Assembly (NCBI GenBank): GCA_963833425.1
Contig: CAWHXP010000003.1
Location: 288,001 to 352,000, forward strand
Origin: an uncultured Methanosarcinaceae archaeon
GTDB taxonomy: Archaea; Halobacteriota; Methanosarcinia; Methanosarcinales; Methanosarcinaceae
Length of the DNA stretch: 64,000 bases
Reading direction: 5' to 3'
The notes under the pieces are model-generated. The model was not told the origin of the DNA and did no database searches. It saw nothing but the letters and a program-made list of their open reading frames with translations. The translations under genes and the position numbers were made by a program. The stretch's first letter is position 1. Each line of letters begins with the position of its first letter. Of this stretch, positions 45,936 to 55,633 are shown piece after piece.

Positions 45936-46583
45936 TTAAAAGAGCCCTTTGAAATGGTTATGATAAACCATCCAGAATCCAAATAGTATGATAACCATTC
46001 CAGCTCCCTTTTTAAGGATTTCGTCATACCTTGATATGAGACGGAGTTTTGAGGACGAAAAATGAGCTGAATATGCTAACACGAGCATTGGCACTGAAAA
46101 TCCAAGAGAATAAATTGAAAGGGTGAATGCGCCGTTTGAAGTGCTTCCTTCAAGAGCAACCATGGCCAGGATCGCACCCAGGATTGGTCCTATACAAGGG
46201 ATCCAAAGCACTCCGAGGGAAAGCCCAAGCAAAAGACCCGAGATAGATCCTTCTGCATTCATATCTGCAAAAAGAGGGAACTTCGAAAAAGTGTTGAATA
46301 GGCTTAGTTCAAAAAGCAATGAAAAGCCCATTAAGAGGATCAAAATCTCTGCCACAATCTTCAGTTGACCTATATGACTCTGGAAAGCCGCCCCAAAGAT
46401 GGAAGTTACCACTCCCATTAAAATGAAGGATATTGAGACTCCAAGTACAATTGCAAGAGGCCGTATTTTGCTTTTTCCGGCGGATGTTGCCAGTACAGCT
46501 GGTAGAAGTGGCAGAATGCATGGAGACAGGACACTGAGAATTCCTGCGCCAAATGCAGTTAGAGGGGGAATAGTTTCGTACAT
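45936..46583 (-). CDS. ccdA: Cytochrome c biogenesis/thiol-disulfide membrane protein CcdA
   Basis: SVLSPCILP and WIPCIGPIL redox Cys motifs, about 6 TM segments. Confidence 0.9.
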   Translation of the reverse strand: MYETIPPLTAFGAGILSVLSPCILPLLPAVLATSAGKSKIRPLAIVLGVSISFILMGVVTSIFGAAFQSHIGQLKIVAEILILLMGFSLLFELSLFNTFSKFPLFADMNAEGSISGLLLGLSLGVLWIPCIGPILGAILAMVALEGSTSNGAFTLSIYSLGFSVPMLVLAYSAHFSSSKLRLISRYDEILKKGAGMVIILFGFWMVYHNHFKGLF

Positions 46584-46702
46584 GGTTCTTTTTGATTTTA
46601 GTATATCATTTTTTTATATAGTGTGTATTCTACCCTGAATTATGGGTTGATCAGAGACTTTTGCTTCCGGTCTACATGCGTACTTAGAAATTAGTCCATC
46701 AT

Positions 46703-47212
46703 CTACATAATTTTTTTATGTAGACTTGATTTTTGGATAGCTAGATCAAGAATTTTTTTGAATTCTTCTTTGTCCCTGAGCCCGAGAATCCTGGATTTTA
46801 ATCTATTATTGCTGATGTTCCCATCTTCTTGAATGTAAACATATTTCCCGTTTTCAATACCTATTATCACAGAGGAGTCGGGAATAGAGTTTACTACGAA
46901 ATAATTTGCAAATTGAAAACTGTTGTCTGCGTCTACGGTCATTATCGTTGCTTTCCCGTCATATTCTGTTGCCAGTTCACTAAGTATTGGTTTCATTTCC
47001 TGGCATGGTCCACACCAATCAGCTCCGATTTTTAAAAGAACTGGACCTTTTTGAAGAGAGTTGTTTATCTGCTCCAGTTGGGTAGCTTCCACGACATGAT
47101 TTTTTTCCGAAATATTCTGGAGGTTCGGGGAGTTTTTCGGGCCTCCATCAGTACATCCTGCCGTAAAGAGCACAACAGATAGCAGGATTAAAAGTATAAT
47201 AAATTTCATCAT
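46703..47212 (-). CDS. Thioredoxin-family lipoprotein
   Basis: Lipobox FTAGC, WCGPC active site; upstream of ccdA. Confidence 0.9.
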   Translation of the reverse strand: MMKFIILLILLSVVLFTAGCTDGGPKNSPNLQNISEKNHVVEATQLEQINNSLQKGPVLLKIGADWCGPCQEMKPILSELATEYDGKATIMTVDADNSFQFANYFVVNSIPDSSVIIGIENGKYVYIQEDGNISNNRLKSRILGLRDKEEFKKILDLAIQKSSLHKKIM

Positions 47213-47440
47213 ATTCTCAGCGTTAAAATTTATGTTGTAATTCTTTGTTTCTTCTGTATTAATAATTTTCCGTAGTTGTTTGAAATTTGACTATATGATT
47301 AATAATGCAGCTGAAAATATTTACTTAATGAGAAACAGAGTACGAAAATCAGATTTTATTATTTCTATCGGTCTTGCAAAGATGAACGATACTAGTGAGT
47401 TACCAAATAAAAGAAATAGAACTGATAAGCAGGAATATGA

Positions 47441-47516
47441 AATCTAACTTTCAATGAATCATAATGGACAAATAGGCAAACAAATAATACAGCTGTGTAC
47501 ATCTGCAGGATCCTTG
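47441..47516. mobile_element. Partial family C element
   Basis: aatctaactttcaatga...aaataggcaaacaaat...tgtgtacatctgcag matches 405-478 and the reverse complement of 1741-1815. Confidence 0.55.
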
Positions 47517-48029
47517 ACTTAATATAATTTTAAATAATTTATCAATTATATATAAGGTATTTTCGAATTTAGTCAGTCTAAAAAATATTTTCTGCAAATC
47601 AGAGGAATATATAATTATTCTTCAAGCTAGTGAGTCGTTGATAAAAGCAAAAAAAATAATTCTATTTCTGGTATAGAGACCGCCTGTCCACTGTTACATC
47701 GCCTGATTATTTAGTATCGCTGATAGACATATAATCGGCAGTATTCCATATTTGCAGTAAATACAAGTTAAATTTTAATATATTGTATTAAAATGAGTTC
47801 TTCCGAAATGTGATTCACTCCCATAATTTCTTGATATTTGCTAATTTATAGAAATAAACGTAGATATGAAATTCTTCGAGTAATGGGCTTAAATAAATAG
47901 AAAAATAATACTCTTCCTATTTTTGTGAAGATTGACGATCACTAGTTTGGGCAGGAAGTTAATTCTAATTTTAGTCTTCAATACTGTTCAAAAACGAATC
48001 AGTTAATTTTCATCTAGATCGCAAGACAG

Positions 48030-48118
48030 GAGAATTTCGATAAATCCCTGAATTATTTTCTATGCGTATAATTTGTGCATAGTGACTCTTGAAGATCAGA
48101 AGTTTTCGAAATATCCTT
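48030..48118. mobile_element. ~89-bp MITE, family A
   Basis: Begins gagaatttcgataaatccctgaattatt; inverted sibling of 48652-48741. Confidence 0.85.
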
Positions 48119-48165
48119 AGGATATTTATTTATGAATCCAGTGACAGACGTAAAATTTAAAATAT

Positions 48166-48260
48166 AGAACTTATACGTTTGATGAATAAATTCAAGTATA
48201 TGATCTCGTGATTATTTAGTATTTAATGCCGCAGTTTTTCGGCTCAACTGCATAAATCTT
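48166..48260. mobile_element. ~95-bp MITE, family B, degenerate
   Basis: Ends agaacttatacg / actgcataaatctt. Confidence 0.5.
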
Positions 48261-48651
48261 AAATGAATATAATTTTGAAACTCCGTTGCAATCTTTTGGA
48301 CCTATCCATATCTATCCATATATTACTGTATGAGGGTATCAAATAATGAATTTACTTAAAGAATGATTCTCCCTGAAATATAATATTTTTATCAAAAATA
48401 TGGCGATCACTGGATCTTGGGATAAAGTCCAAAAATGCCTTAAATTAGACCTCTAGTCTCTCTATAACGCCAAAAATTTAAATAAATACGCATAAAGATC
48501 CCTGAAAGCATTCCTTATAGATTGAGATTACTTGTTTCCCGAGATATCAAAAATATATCCATGGGTTTTCCAAAGTGTGCCTTCCGATATCATGAAATTT
48601 GCAAGGTAAGGCTTGAGGTATAGTATTATCATCGATTAAGGATTATGATAT

Positions 48652-48741
48652 GAGGATTGTAGATAAACTTCTGATTATCACGAGTCATTACTACACAATT
48701 TATAAGCATAGGAAATAATTCAGGGATTTATCGAAATTCTC
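48652..48741. mobile_element. ~89-bp MITE, family A (reverse orientation)
   Basis: Ends aataattcagggatttatcgaaattctc; 23 bp upstream of the 48765 start. Confidence 0.85.
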
Positions 48742-48764
48742 TAGAAATTTCACGAGGTGAAACT

Positions 48765-49793
48765 TTGAAAAAACTACACATTATACTCATTTTATTGCTG
48801 ATTACCTCTGTCTTCGTATCCGGTTGTGTATCCAATAAAGGAAACGTATCCACTAATGAAAGCGAAGCTAAAGGAGTATCTCCAATTGAGGAACTGAAGT
48901 TTGGCTATCAGCCAAGCACCCACCATATTGCATTTATGGTTGCAGATGAAAAAGGGTGGTGGAAAACGAATCTTGCACCTTACGGAGTCAAGGGTATCAA
49001 AGGGCATGTATTCCAGACAGGACCTCCCGAAATGCAGGCTATGATGGCTGGAGATCTGGACGTGGCATATGTTGGGGCAGCCCCTGCTATTACAGCCCTT
49101 AGCCAGGGTCTTGACGCAAAGATTGTTGAGCCAGTAAATATAAATGGTTCAAGTCTTGTTCTAAGACCAGAATACAATTATACAGGTCCTCAGAACTTAA
49201 AAGGACTTAAAATAGCTACCTATCCACCAGGATCAATTCAGAATACGCTATTGAGAAAATGGCTCAAAGAAAACGAAATTGACCCTGAGAAAGATGTGAC
49301 AATCGTTGGAATGGCAGCAGCAGGAGATGCCATCAGCGCCATTTCAGCTAAAAAGGTAGACGCCGTATTCCTGCCTCACCCCTCCCCAACAAGTATAGAA
49401 AAGGAAGGAAATGGGCGTACTATCGTACAATCTGGACAGATGGAACCTAATCACGTATGCTGTGTTCTTTTGATAAGCGGAAAACTTATCCGTGACCATC
49501 CGGATATTGTAGAGCAGGTTGTAAAAACACATATTAATGCAACCAAATACACCACGGAGCACAAGGACGAAGCTGCTCAAATTTTATCAAATAAGACTTC
49601 AGAGAATCTTGAAGCTGTAAAGGCATCTCTAACAAACTGGGATGGTGAGCTGATTACAGATCCTGACCTGATAGAAAACTCAACTGTCGATTTCTCGAAC
49701 GTTTTATATGGGCTGAATTACACTCAAAAGCCTTTGACAAAAAATGATATATTTGATACGAGTTTTTACAAGAAAGCTATCAATGAGAAATGA
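48765..49793 (+). CDS. ABC transporter substrate-binding lipoprotein (NitT/TauT/SsuA-like)
   Basis: Lipobox VSGC, GYQPSTHH, F.TGPPEM.AM.AG.LD.AYVG..P, HVCC; GAGGTGA RBS. Confidence 0.88.
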   Translation: MKKLHIILILLLITSVFVSGCVSNKGNVSTNESEAKGVSPIEELKFGYQPSTHHIAFMVADEKGWWKTNLAPYGVKGIKGHVFQTGPPEMQAMMAGDLDVAYVGAAPAITALSQGLDAKIVEPVNINGSSLVLRPEYNYTGPQNLKGLKIATYPPGSIQNTLLRKWLKENEIDPEKDVTIVGMAAAGDAISAISAKKVDAVFLPHPSPTSIEKEGNGRTIVQSGQMEPNHVCCVLLISGKLIRDHPDIVEQVVKTHINATKYTTEHKDEAAQILSNKTSENLEAVKASLTNWDGELITDPDLIENSTVDFSNVLYGLNYTQKPLTKNDIFDTSFYKKAINEK

Positions 49794-50290
49794 GGCAGAA
49801 GAAATATAGTAACTATTCGTCATACAAAAAATAATCTGGAAGATATCTATTTTGATCAATAGATTCTTCCGATTATTAACTAATAAAAAAATAAAAAATA
49901 TGATCAATAACCGACATTTAAATACAATCAGTCCGAAGAAATCTGCTTATAAAATTGTATTAAAGATGGTTAATGATCTTTTTTTTAAAGGGCTGGATAG
50001 CTACTAAAGAGATTATATAAATATAATCAAGATTTACAAATACCTCTGTTTTCATAAGGAGGGAATTAAAATTATTATTCTTTTCTGAAAAATGATGTAT
50101 GTGGAAGAGATCAAAAAGTAATAATTATTTGGAAATCTATTTTTAGCAGGTTGATGTTTTGAAGCATCTAAATGCCAGTAAATCCTTTATGTACAGTTTG
50201 ATTTCGCAATTTTTACCTCTCTTACAAGTATATTTTACATTTAATGCTTCTTCCATCTTCAGATGTTAATTCACATGCTTTCTGTAGAGT

Positions 50291-50400
50291 GTGAACTCCT
50301 CCCTATCGGCCGAGGAGGGGGCTTCCTTCGAGTAATTCCTTTATTATTGAAGTGAGGTCACAAGCATACCCCGTTTCCTGCACTGGGTGTGATACTGAAA
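50291..50400 (-). mobile_element. IS200/IS605 right-end (omegaRNA-like) remnant
   Basis: Minus strand reads ...gaagccccctcctcggccgatagggaggagttcac: hairpin plus TTCAC end, like 56680-56719. Confidence 0.65.
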
Positions 50401-50701
50401 TTTTGATTCCAGCAACAAAATTTTAAGGACCAATATCGAAAATAATTTCATCTTATCTAAACAATAATAAAATCCACAATATGTAAAAGTAAGTTAATAA
50501 TGTAGCGATAAAACCAATAAAAAGTTCCCAAAGTAATCTCGTATATTGCCAACAAACAACATAAAATGATATTAAAAAAATAATATTAATAATTCTAATA
50601 ATAATGATGTAAAGGCAATATTTATGCAAAAATGACTATTTTTAGTCTTGTTTAACTATATGCTAGTACAAAATTCCAGTTTCTGAACGAATTTATAAAT
50701 A

Positions 50702-51409
50702 TTATAAGTTTTGGCACTCAGCTACGAGCTTTTCCACCAATTTCTGCTGAATTGCAGTTTTTCTGTTCCCACCACAAACCATACCCCGAACGCCAATGAT
50801 GTCAGGTCCTATTCTTTCAAGCGCCGGTAGGTCATCAAATTTCAGAGAGCCAGCGATTGCATTCTCAAGTCCATATTCATGAGCAAGGTCAGTGAAAGTT
50901 TGAAGTATTTTCTCATCCATGAATTCGAAAGTAGATTTTCCATCCTTGATTGCGGTATCTACCATGACTACATCTGCCTTAGCCTTTGCTGCAATTGCGG
51001 AAAGCGATAAGGGTGGAATCGAATTAATTCGTTTATAGTCTGAATATCCTGAGGCGACTATTTTCTTTGTTGAGTCATAGTTCTTGACAGCTCTTATTAT
51101 GTTTATAAGAAGCTCGAGTGCTTGTGCTTGAGTTTGAATGTCGTAAAGGCCCACTTTAATGTAGTCTGCTCCCGCAACCGCCGCTCCTAAAGCTGCAAGA
51201 GAAGCGGTTCCGGGTTTGTAATTAAAATCTCCTATTGTTGCGCTTATAGGCTGTTTTCCATTTACAGCTTCTTCGACATCTCGAATTATCCATGGGAAAT
51301 TGGCTCCAAGGGAACCTTCTATTGGGTTTTTGACATCCACAATATCAGCTCCTCCTTTTGAAGCGGTTATAGCTTCCTCTTTATTAATTGCACTTACAAG
51401 CAGTTTCAT
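50702..51409 (-). CDS. mfnB: (5-formylfuran-3-yl)methyl phosphate synthase (methanofuran biosynthesis)
   Basis: MKLLVS, DIVDVKNP.EGSLGANFPW, SATIGD, DYIKVG, DTAIKDG, AGSL, GVRG.VC. Confidence 0.93.
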   Translation of the reverse strand: MKLLVSAINKEEAITASKGGADIVDVKNPIEGSLGANFPWIIRDVEEAVNGKQPISATIGDFNYKPGTASLAALGAAVAGADYIKVGLYDIQTQAQALELLINIIRAVKNYDSTKKIVASGYSDYKRINSIPPLSLSAIAAKAKADVVMVDTAIKDGKSTFEFMDEKILQTFTDLAHEYGLENAIAGSLKFDDLPALERIGPDIIGVRGMVCGGNRKTAIQQKLVEKLVAECQNL

Positions 51410-51474
51410 AGAAATCCTCTAAAGCAGTGCGGAATTAGAATCGTTATAATGAATATTGATTTTTGGTATGCAAG

Positions 51475-51990
51475 TACTGAAGGGGGGTCCTCTCAAGTAT
51501 TCACACTATCCTCTTTTCCCACAACTACGATTATTTCACTATTTATTTTTATAATTTTATCAACCGCGGACATCCCAGGCTCAATAAGTTTCTTCCTATC
51601 TAATTCTTCACTTTTGACATCCTATTTCATCCTAGTACATCTCATAATTGTAATAAGATTAATAATTGTTGCAATTTTCCTTGCTGTGGTACTAATTACC
51701 ATCTTGTGTCCATTTGATTTCATCTTCCAGTTAAAAAATTTTCTTAAATTATTGGTTTTCTTTTTTGCTGTAGCCTGAGCAATCTGTATTAGAATCTATA
51801 TTAATATTGTTGGTCCTCTTTTTTGATTTTCCTGTTGCGATTTTCCAATTATGGAAATGGATATGCAGATTGGACTAAATGCTGAATTACTCCAAACCAT
51901 GGAGTAAATGATCTCCTCAAGAAAAATTTATTAATTGCCTATTTAGCAATTAGATTTTCTGCCCCAATTCCCTCAATACCCGTAAAAGTT
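51475..51990 (-). mobile_element. IS110-family transposase remnant
   Basis: Degenerate WFG, KRG, ILIQIAQA.AKKK.N.LRKFFN, ARKIATII. Confidence 0.7.
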
Positions 51991-52193
51991 ATTAATATAT
52001 CCATTTTTCCTTATGTTTTCAATAAGCATAGTAGAATATTTCTACCTATGAAGTTTCGATTTAACCGTCAAAATGTTTTATAAGATTCTGGATTTTCTGC
52101 AGACTGGCTAAGAGCTGTGAAAAATAGGTCTCTATCATGAATATCTATAAGCTGAACATTTTTTTTACGAGAAGTTAGCAAAAGGCTTTCTAT

Positions 52194-52280
52194 GAGAATT
52201 TCGATAAACCTCCAATTTCAAATATTTTCTGAAACATTCATATCTATAACCAGCCAAAAATTAGGGTTATTGAAATCTTC
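52194..52280. mobile_element. ~89-bp MITE, family A
   Basis: Ends gagaatttcgataaac / ggttattgaaatcttc. Confidence 0.75.
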
Positions 52281-52284
52281 TATA

Positions 52285-52967
52285 AGGAATTTTTATAAAC
52301 TCTATCATTCGCGCATTGTGGAGTCGAGATCTCTCAACATTAATTTACTAACGAAAAATATTACTGATTTTGCTCTTAGAACTAAATACAAATTTTTTCT
52401 CTCAGTTGATGACGAAATTGTTGAAATTGATTCCTGAATTGATTGGAAGTTTTTTCGTATCATTTTTGAGTCCATTCATTTTAACAAAACGGTTTTCTGA
52501 GGCAGACCTGGAGATGAAGTCATTATTATGTTCAAAATACTTGTTTTAAAATAATGGTATGATTTTTTTTTCCCGACTTTGAAATTGTGAAGCAATGAAT
52601 TTATCGGATTTCTTTCAGAAAATTTATTGATTTTTCCTTTGTACATACCATAAAATATCACATTCTGATCATTCAGGAAAAGAATTATTGATAACTTCAA
52701 AGAAGAATAAATCAATGAATAGTTGAAAAGCCACCTTGATAGCCTTGGGTTGAAATAAAAAAGGACAATTCAGGACGCTACTTTTATCCATCAGATCTTG
52801 TACACGTAAAAAGTAGATAAATATCAAAAAGCTGGAGCAAAAAAAGATGATCAGAGATTGAAATAAATGAAAAAGGTAAAAACCTTACTTTGGATCTAAA
52901 GTACATTGCATAATATACCGGAATTCTTAGCTGATAAGAAATAAAAACCGAAGTTTATCGAAAAAAC
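52285..52967 (+). mobile_element. IS5-family remnant, internally deleted
   Basis: Homologous to 44686-45818 (TDFAL, GRPGD, QDATFIH); right end taagaaataaaaaccgaagtttatcgaaa. Confidence 0.85.
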
Positions 52968-52999
52968 GATGATGGTATTATCTAGAAAGGTAAAATAAG

Positions 53000-53090
53000 G
53001 AAAATTTCGATAAACCTTCGATTTCAACAAATCGCTTATCTATAATCATTATGAATAACGAGTCAAAAATTGGGATTAATCGAAATTTTC
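53000..53090. mobile_element. ~89-bp MITE, family A
   Basis: Ends gaaaatttcgataaac / gattaatcgaaattttc. Confidence 0.75.
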
Positions 53091-53199
53091 TACAAATAAT
53101 TCTTTGTTGCTAAGTTCTTTGTAATCTCCATGATGAAGTTTAAAGAAGTATATTTTGTAAGTTATCTATGTGAATAATTTGCCTAGCTTAGTCATTTCT

Positions 53200-53424
53200 T
53201 TATCTTATCATTTCTTTATCTTTTCGAATATCTACTATAGATTCTTTCGCTATCGAGATCCTTTTTTCCATATCAATTATTTTTAGTTCTATAAATTCTA
53301 TTGTTCTGTCCAGTTTTCTTTCTGTAAATTTCCTTTTCTGTTCTTCAGTTAGAAGTTCCAATGTCTCAGCCAGTGCAGTCTGCACCACTGGCCCTAGGTT
53401 TGTAAAGCAAATATCATCATTCAT
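53200..53424 (-). CDS. Small coiled-coil hypothetical protein (paralog 2)
   Basis: AAGGAG RBS; clear paralog of 53523..53753 (FT.LGP..QTA.AET..LLTEEQK...IELKI.DME.RI). Confidence 0.8.
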   Translation of the reverse strand: MNDDICFTNLGPVVQTALAETLELLTEEQKRKFTERKLDRTIEFIELKIIDMEKRISIAKESIVDIRKDKEMIR

Positions 53425-53466
53425 GTTTAAATATCTCCTTTTACTTATTTTTGATAATTATTTTGT

Positions 53467-53491
53467 ATATCCTGGTAAAAAACCAGGATAT
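53467..53491. other. Perfect 10-bp hairpin between the tandem paralogs
   Basis: atatcctggt-aaaaa-accaggatat. Confidence 0.7.
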
Positions 53492-53522
53492 CAACAAATT
53501 TAGATGGTATTCTCTGTCGAAC

Positions 53523-53753
53523 TTATTTACTTAGTGCAATCATTTCCTTAACTTTTCGAATATTTTCAATAATTCCTTTAGCTATCAAAATCCTCTGTTC
53601 CATATCATTTATTTTCAGCTCGATGCCTTTTATTACTGTATCCATTCTCATGTGTGTAACTTTCTTTTTCTGTTCTTCAGTCAGAAGTCCCCATGTCTCA
53701 GCAATTGCAGTTTGCATTGCTGGACCTAAGTCTGTAAAATGAATGTCCTGGTT
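53523..53753 (-). CDS. Small coiled-coil hypothetical protein (paralog 1)
   Basis: Start placed at MNQD after aaggagatatttgaac, nearly identical to the paralog 2 RBS region. Confidence 0.8.
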   Translation of the reverse strand, partial: NQDIHFTDLGPAMQTAIAETWGLLTEEQKKKVTHMRMDTVIKGIELKINDMEQRILIAKGIIENIRKVKEMIALSK

Positions 53754-54569
53754 CATGTTCAAATATCTCCTTTTATTCATCCTTTTTTATCATTCAAAAT
53801 AATACATTTAATTTTTTAGAAACAATTCAACCTGAGAGAACAACATTAATAGCCATCTTTTCAAAAATCCACTAATGCATGAAGATTCGCGGAGCAAAAT
53901 TCGAGTGGGTTTATTTGATCCATTTGCCGGCTATCAATCAGTTTTTATCATCAGTTGATATTTAGAGGCATCGGTTGCATTAAAATCGCCGTTCATCAAC
54001 TGATTTTTATCTAGGCTGAGTGGTTATTCTTTTATTTCATGCCCACTTCGATTGTATGTTAGTGGTTACATACTATATACATATTAAGTATATATAGTTT
54101 TTGAGTTGATTTAGTACTTCACTGTTACAATTAATACATTTAAATTTTTTTAATAACTATTCCGCCTAGGAAAAGCAATAATGTTCTCCATTTTTATTAA
54201 TGTTTAAAAAAAGGACCCAATAGGCTTATTTCAGTTAATTATTGACTATTAATCCGTTTTTTATTTATCAATTAGTCGTTAATCAGAAATGTGCACCATG
54301 TCGAGATAAATGCCATACTATCATTTTTAGATAGCACAATAGTCGCTCCTTTTAGTTTATGTGGCCTCATATGTAAGTTAGTTATCACATAGTTAAATAA
54401 AGTTTTTGAGTCACTTCGAGACTTCACTAACCAGCAAGCGATAATTTCAAAACCATATCTTTTTGTTTTAACCTTATTAAAAAATGATATACAGCAAGCT
54501 GTATCTATTTTCTCTGCAATTTTAGGAGTATATGTGTATATGAGCGATTTGATTTGCTATTCACATCGG

Positions 54570-54637
54570 TAATCCACAATAAATAGTGGACAAATAAGCA
54601 AACAAATATACATATGTGCACCCCTGCAAGTGGCGAG
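54570..54637. mobile_element. Partial family C element
   Basis: tggacaaataagcaaacaaat...tgtgcacccctgca matches 47461-47510. Confidence 0.45.
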
Positions 54638-54757
54638 TGGATTCAGAGATTACTCACATGACAAATAATCTAATTTTTTAGACGCTCGTTTTACACAGGT
54701 ATTATTCTCACTCAAAGCCAAATTACACAAAATTCTCATATTCGTTACTCAAAATCC

Positions 54758-54786
54758 TTAAATATATGTGAGTAACGACTTAACAT
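54758..54786 (+). promoter_or_regulatory. TATA box plus imperfect palindrome (candidate TetR operator)
   Basis: ttaaatat followed by atgtgagtaacgacttaacat immediately before the TetR ATG. Confidence 0.5.
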
Positions 54787-54787
54787 T

Positions 54788-55495
54788 ATGAGAAACACTG
54801 AACAAAAAATATTGGATGCAGCCGTAAAGGTATTCTCCAGCGAAGGATATGCTGGTGCAACTACCCGCAAAATTGCACAAGAGGCAAATGTTACTGAAGT
54901 GACGTTGTTCCGAAAATTCCAATCAAAAGAAAACCTGTTGAAAGAGGTCCTCATCAAAAATAGGCATGCTATTTCATCACGAAATCAGTTGTTAAATATA
55001 AACAGAAAGGTAGACATTGAAAAAGATCTTAGTATGCTAGGCAAAGAAATTGCAAAGGATATGGAGGATGAAAAAAAGGATAGTATATCTTATATGTTTA
55101 TGTTCATGTTGTTCGAAGAAGGACGACGTAGACCCGAACTCGCTGAAATTTTAGCATCTGTTTTCCAAACTAATATGAATCATCTGATAGAATATTTTGA
55201 GCTGCAAATGAAAAATGGGAAAATACGTAATATAAATGCTCAATCAGCAGCACTAACTTTTGTTAGTTATTTCATCTGCTCAGCCTTCTTAAGAGGAATA
55301 TTTGTTGACTATAATTTTAGCTATAAAGTTGAAAATTTTATCGACATATTTACTAAGGGCATCTTGAAGGTCGAAGAAAAGGAGAAGGTTATGGAAAAGG
55401 AAGAGAAACTACAGAAGTTGAAAGAAGATATTGCCAAAAAACATGAGATGCTCAATCATCTGGAAGAGCAAGTCCGAGAGCTGGAAAAAGAGTAA
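54788..55495 (+). CDS. TetR/AcrR family transcriptional regulator with C-terminal coiled-coil tail
   Basis: ILDAA..VFS..GY.GATTRKIA.EANV.EVTLFRKF.SKE.L HTH. Confidence 0.92.
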   Translation: MRNTEQKILDAAVKVFSSEGYAGATTRKIAQEANVTEVTLFRKFQSKENLLKEVLIKNRHAISSRNQLLNINRKVDIEKDLSMLGKEIAKDMEDEKKDSISYMFMFMLFEEGRRRPELAEILASVFQTNMNHLIEYFELQMKNGKIRNINAQSAALTFVSYFICSAFLRGIFVDYNFSYKVENFIDIFTKGILKVEEKEKVMEKEEKLQKLKEDIAKKHEMLNHLEEQVRELEKE

Positions 55496-55633
55496 TCTTT
55501 AGAATGAGATCTCGTTTCTCAACAACTACCAAATCATTTGTTATTGTTGTTAACTCTAAAGTGTGCTCTCATCACAATGAATTACTAAAAATATTTCGGG
55601 GCCCAATTTTCAGAGAAATCACTAAATGCCTAG

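Noticed and set aside
51449..51778. 109-aa hydrophobic ORF on the + strand
   Set aside because: It is the antisense shadow of an A-rich IS110 remnant
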